A stretch of DNA of 64,000 nucleotides. It comes from an uncultured Chloroflexia bacterium. Lineage in GTDB: Bacteria > Chloroflexota > Limnocylindria > Limnocylindrales > CSP1-4. The notes below the pieces were generated by a model. It did no database searches, was not told the origin of the DNA, and was given only the letters and a program-made list of their open reading frames with translations. A program made the position numbers and the translations under genes. The DNA lies in the NCBI GenBank assembly GCA_963731865.1, contig CAVSXG010000002.1:455271-519270 (forward strand), read 5' to 3'. Of the stretch, positions 63,595 through 64,000 are shown in pieces. Position 1 is the first letter of the stretch. Each line of letters opens with the position of its first letter.

Positions 63595-64000
63595 ATGACC
63601 AAGCCCAGCTTCATCGCCCCGATGCTCGCCACCCTCGTTGGTGGGCCGTTCGATGGTCCCGACTGGTTGTTCGAGGTCAAGTGGGACGGCTTCCGGGTGG
63701 AGGCCATCGTCGACGGCGGAACGGTGCGCCTCTGGACGCGTGGCGAGAAGGACGCGGCGGCGTCGTATTTCGGTCCGTTCCTCGACCCGCCGACGTGGAT
63801 TGCTGCCGACCAGGCGATCGTGGACGGGGAAGTGATCGCGCTCGACAAACGGGGCGAGCCCGACTTTGCGCTGCTCCAGGCGAGGATCAAGGGGAGGGGA
63901 GCGGCCTCGGAGCCGACCCCCTTCGTGTACGAGGTCTTCGACCTGCTCCACCTGGACGGCCGTTCGCTCCTCGACGAACCACTCGAGGAGCGGAGGCGGC
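63595..64000 (+). CDS. ATP-dependent DNA ligase (LigD/LigC type), 3' end cut by window edge
   Basis: My own translation from ATG 63595 is 'MTKPSFIAPMLATLVGGPFDGPDWLFEVKWDGFRVEAIVDGG...VDGEVIALD...DFALLQ'. 'EVKWDGFR' is the KxDG adenylation motif I. The frame stays open to base 64000. Confidence 0.85.
   Translation, partial: MTKPSFIAPMLATLVGGPFDGPDWLFEVKWDGFRVEAIVDGGTVRLWTRGEKDAAASYFGPFLDPPTWIAADQAIVDGEVIALDKRGEPDFALLQARIKGRGAASEPTPFVYEVFDLLHLDGRSLLDEPLEERRR

Overview
This is a very GC-rich bacterial chromosomal segment; third codon positions are almost all G/C. The gene content and the rpsO-pnp ... rnj-ftsK order look Actinomycetota-like, but a Chloroflexota-type lineage cannot be excluded by eye. 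I can support about 65 protein-coding genes, one IS481-family insertion sequence and a few hairpin terminators and promoter-like sites. I saw no rRNA, tRNA or CRISPR array.

Layout:
- 0-2.6 kb: GntR regulator, PduO-type adenosyltransferase, IS481 element.
- 2.6-16.1 kb: housekeeping block of rpsO, pnp, asd, family-4 UDG, RNase J, ftsK, rodZ-like, CinA/PncC-like, a Mur ligase, a SnoaL-like protein and yajQ.
- 16-64 kb: a mosaic of metabolic, transport, signalling and damage/drug-tolerance genes. These include four class III nucleotidyl cyclases, a hybrid histidine kinase, four MFS transporters, several SAM methyltransferases and GNATs including an AAC(2')-like enzyme, VOC proteins, a UvrA paralogue, an AlkZ/YcaQ-like glycosylase, a GH25 muramidase and a LigD-type ligase cut by the window edge.

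Most interesting observation: the polynucleotide phosphorylase gene is an uninterrupted 860-codon ORF. It carries a complete DnaQ/RNase T-like DEDDh 3'-5' exonuclease domain inserted between its two RNase PH cores, an architecture I do not know from characterised PNPases.

Second: a translationally coupled MFS - BBE/VAO flavoprotein - AlkZ-like glycosylase cassette that reads like a genotoxin (crosslinker) tolerance module.

Caveat: the sequence contains many single-base frameshifts. Most are an extra C or G in a CC/GG run, and they cluster at 5.8-11.7 kb, 16-23 kb and 39.8-43.3 kb. They hit essential genes, so I treat them as probable sequencing or assembly errors. Affected genes are typed 'pseudogene' only because they cannot be translated as written.

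Many long antisense ORFs in the supplied track are GC-driven shadows and were not called.
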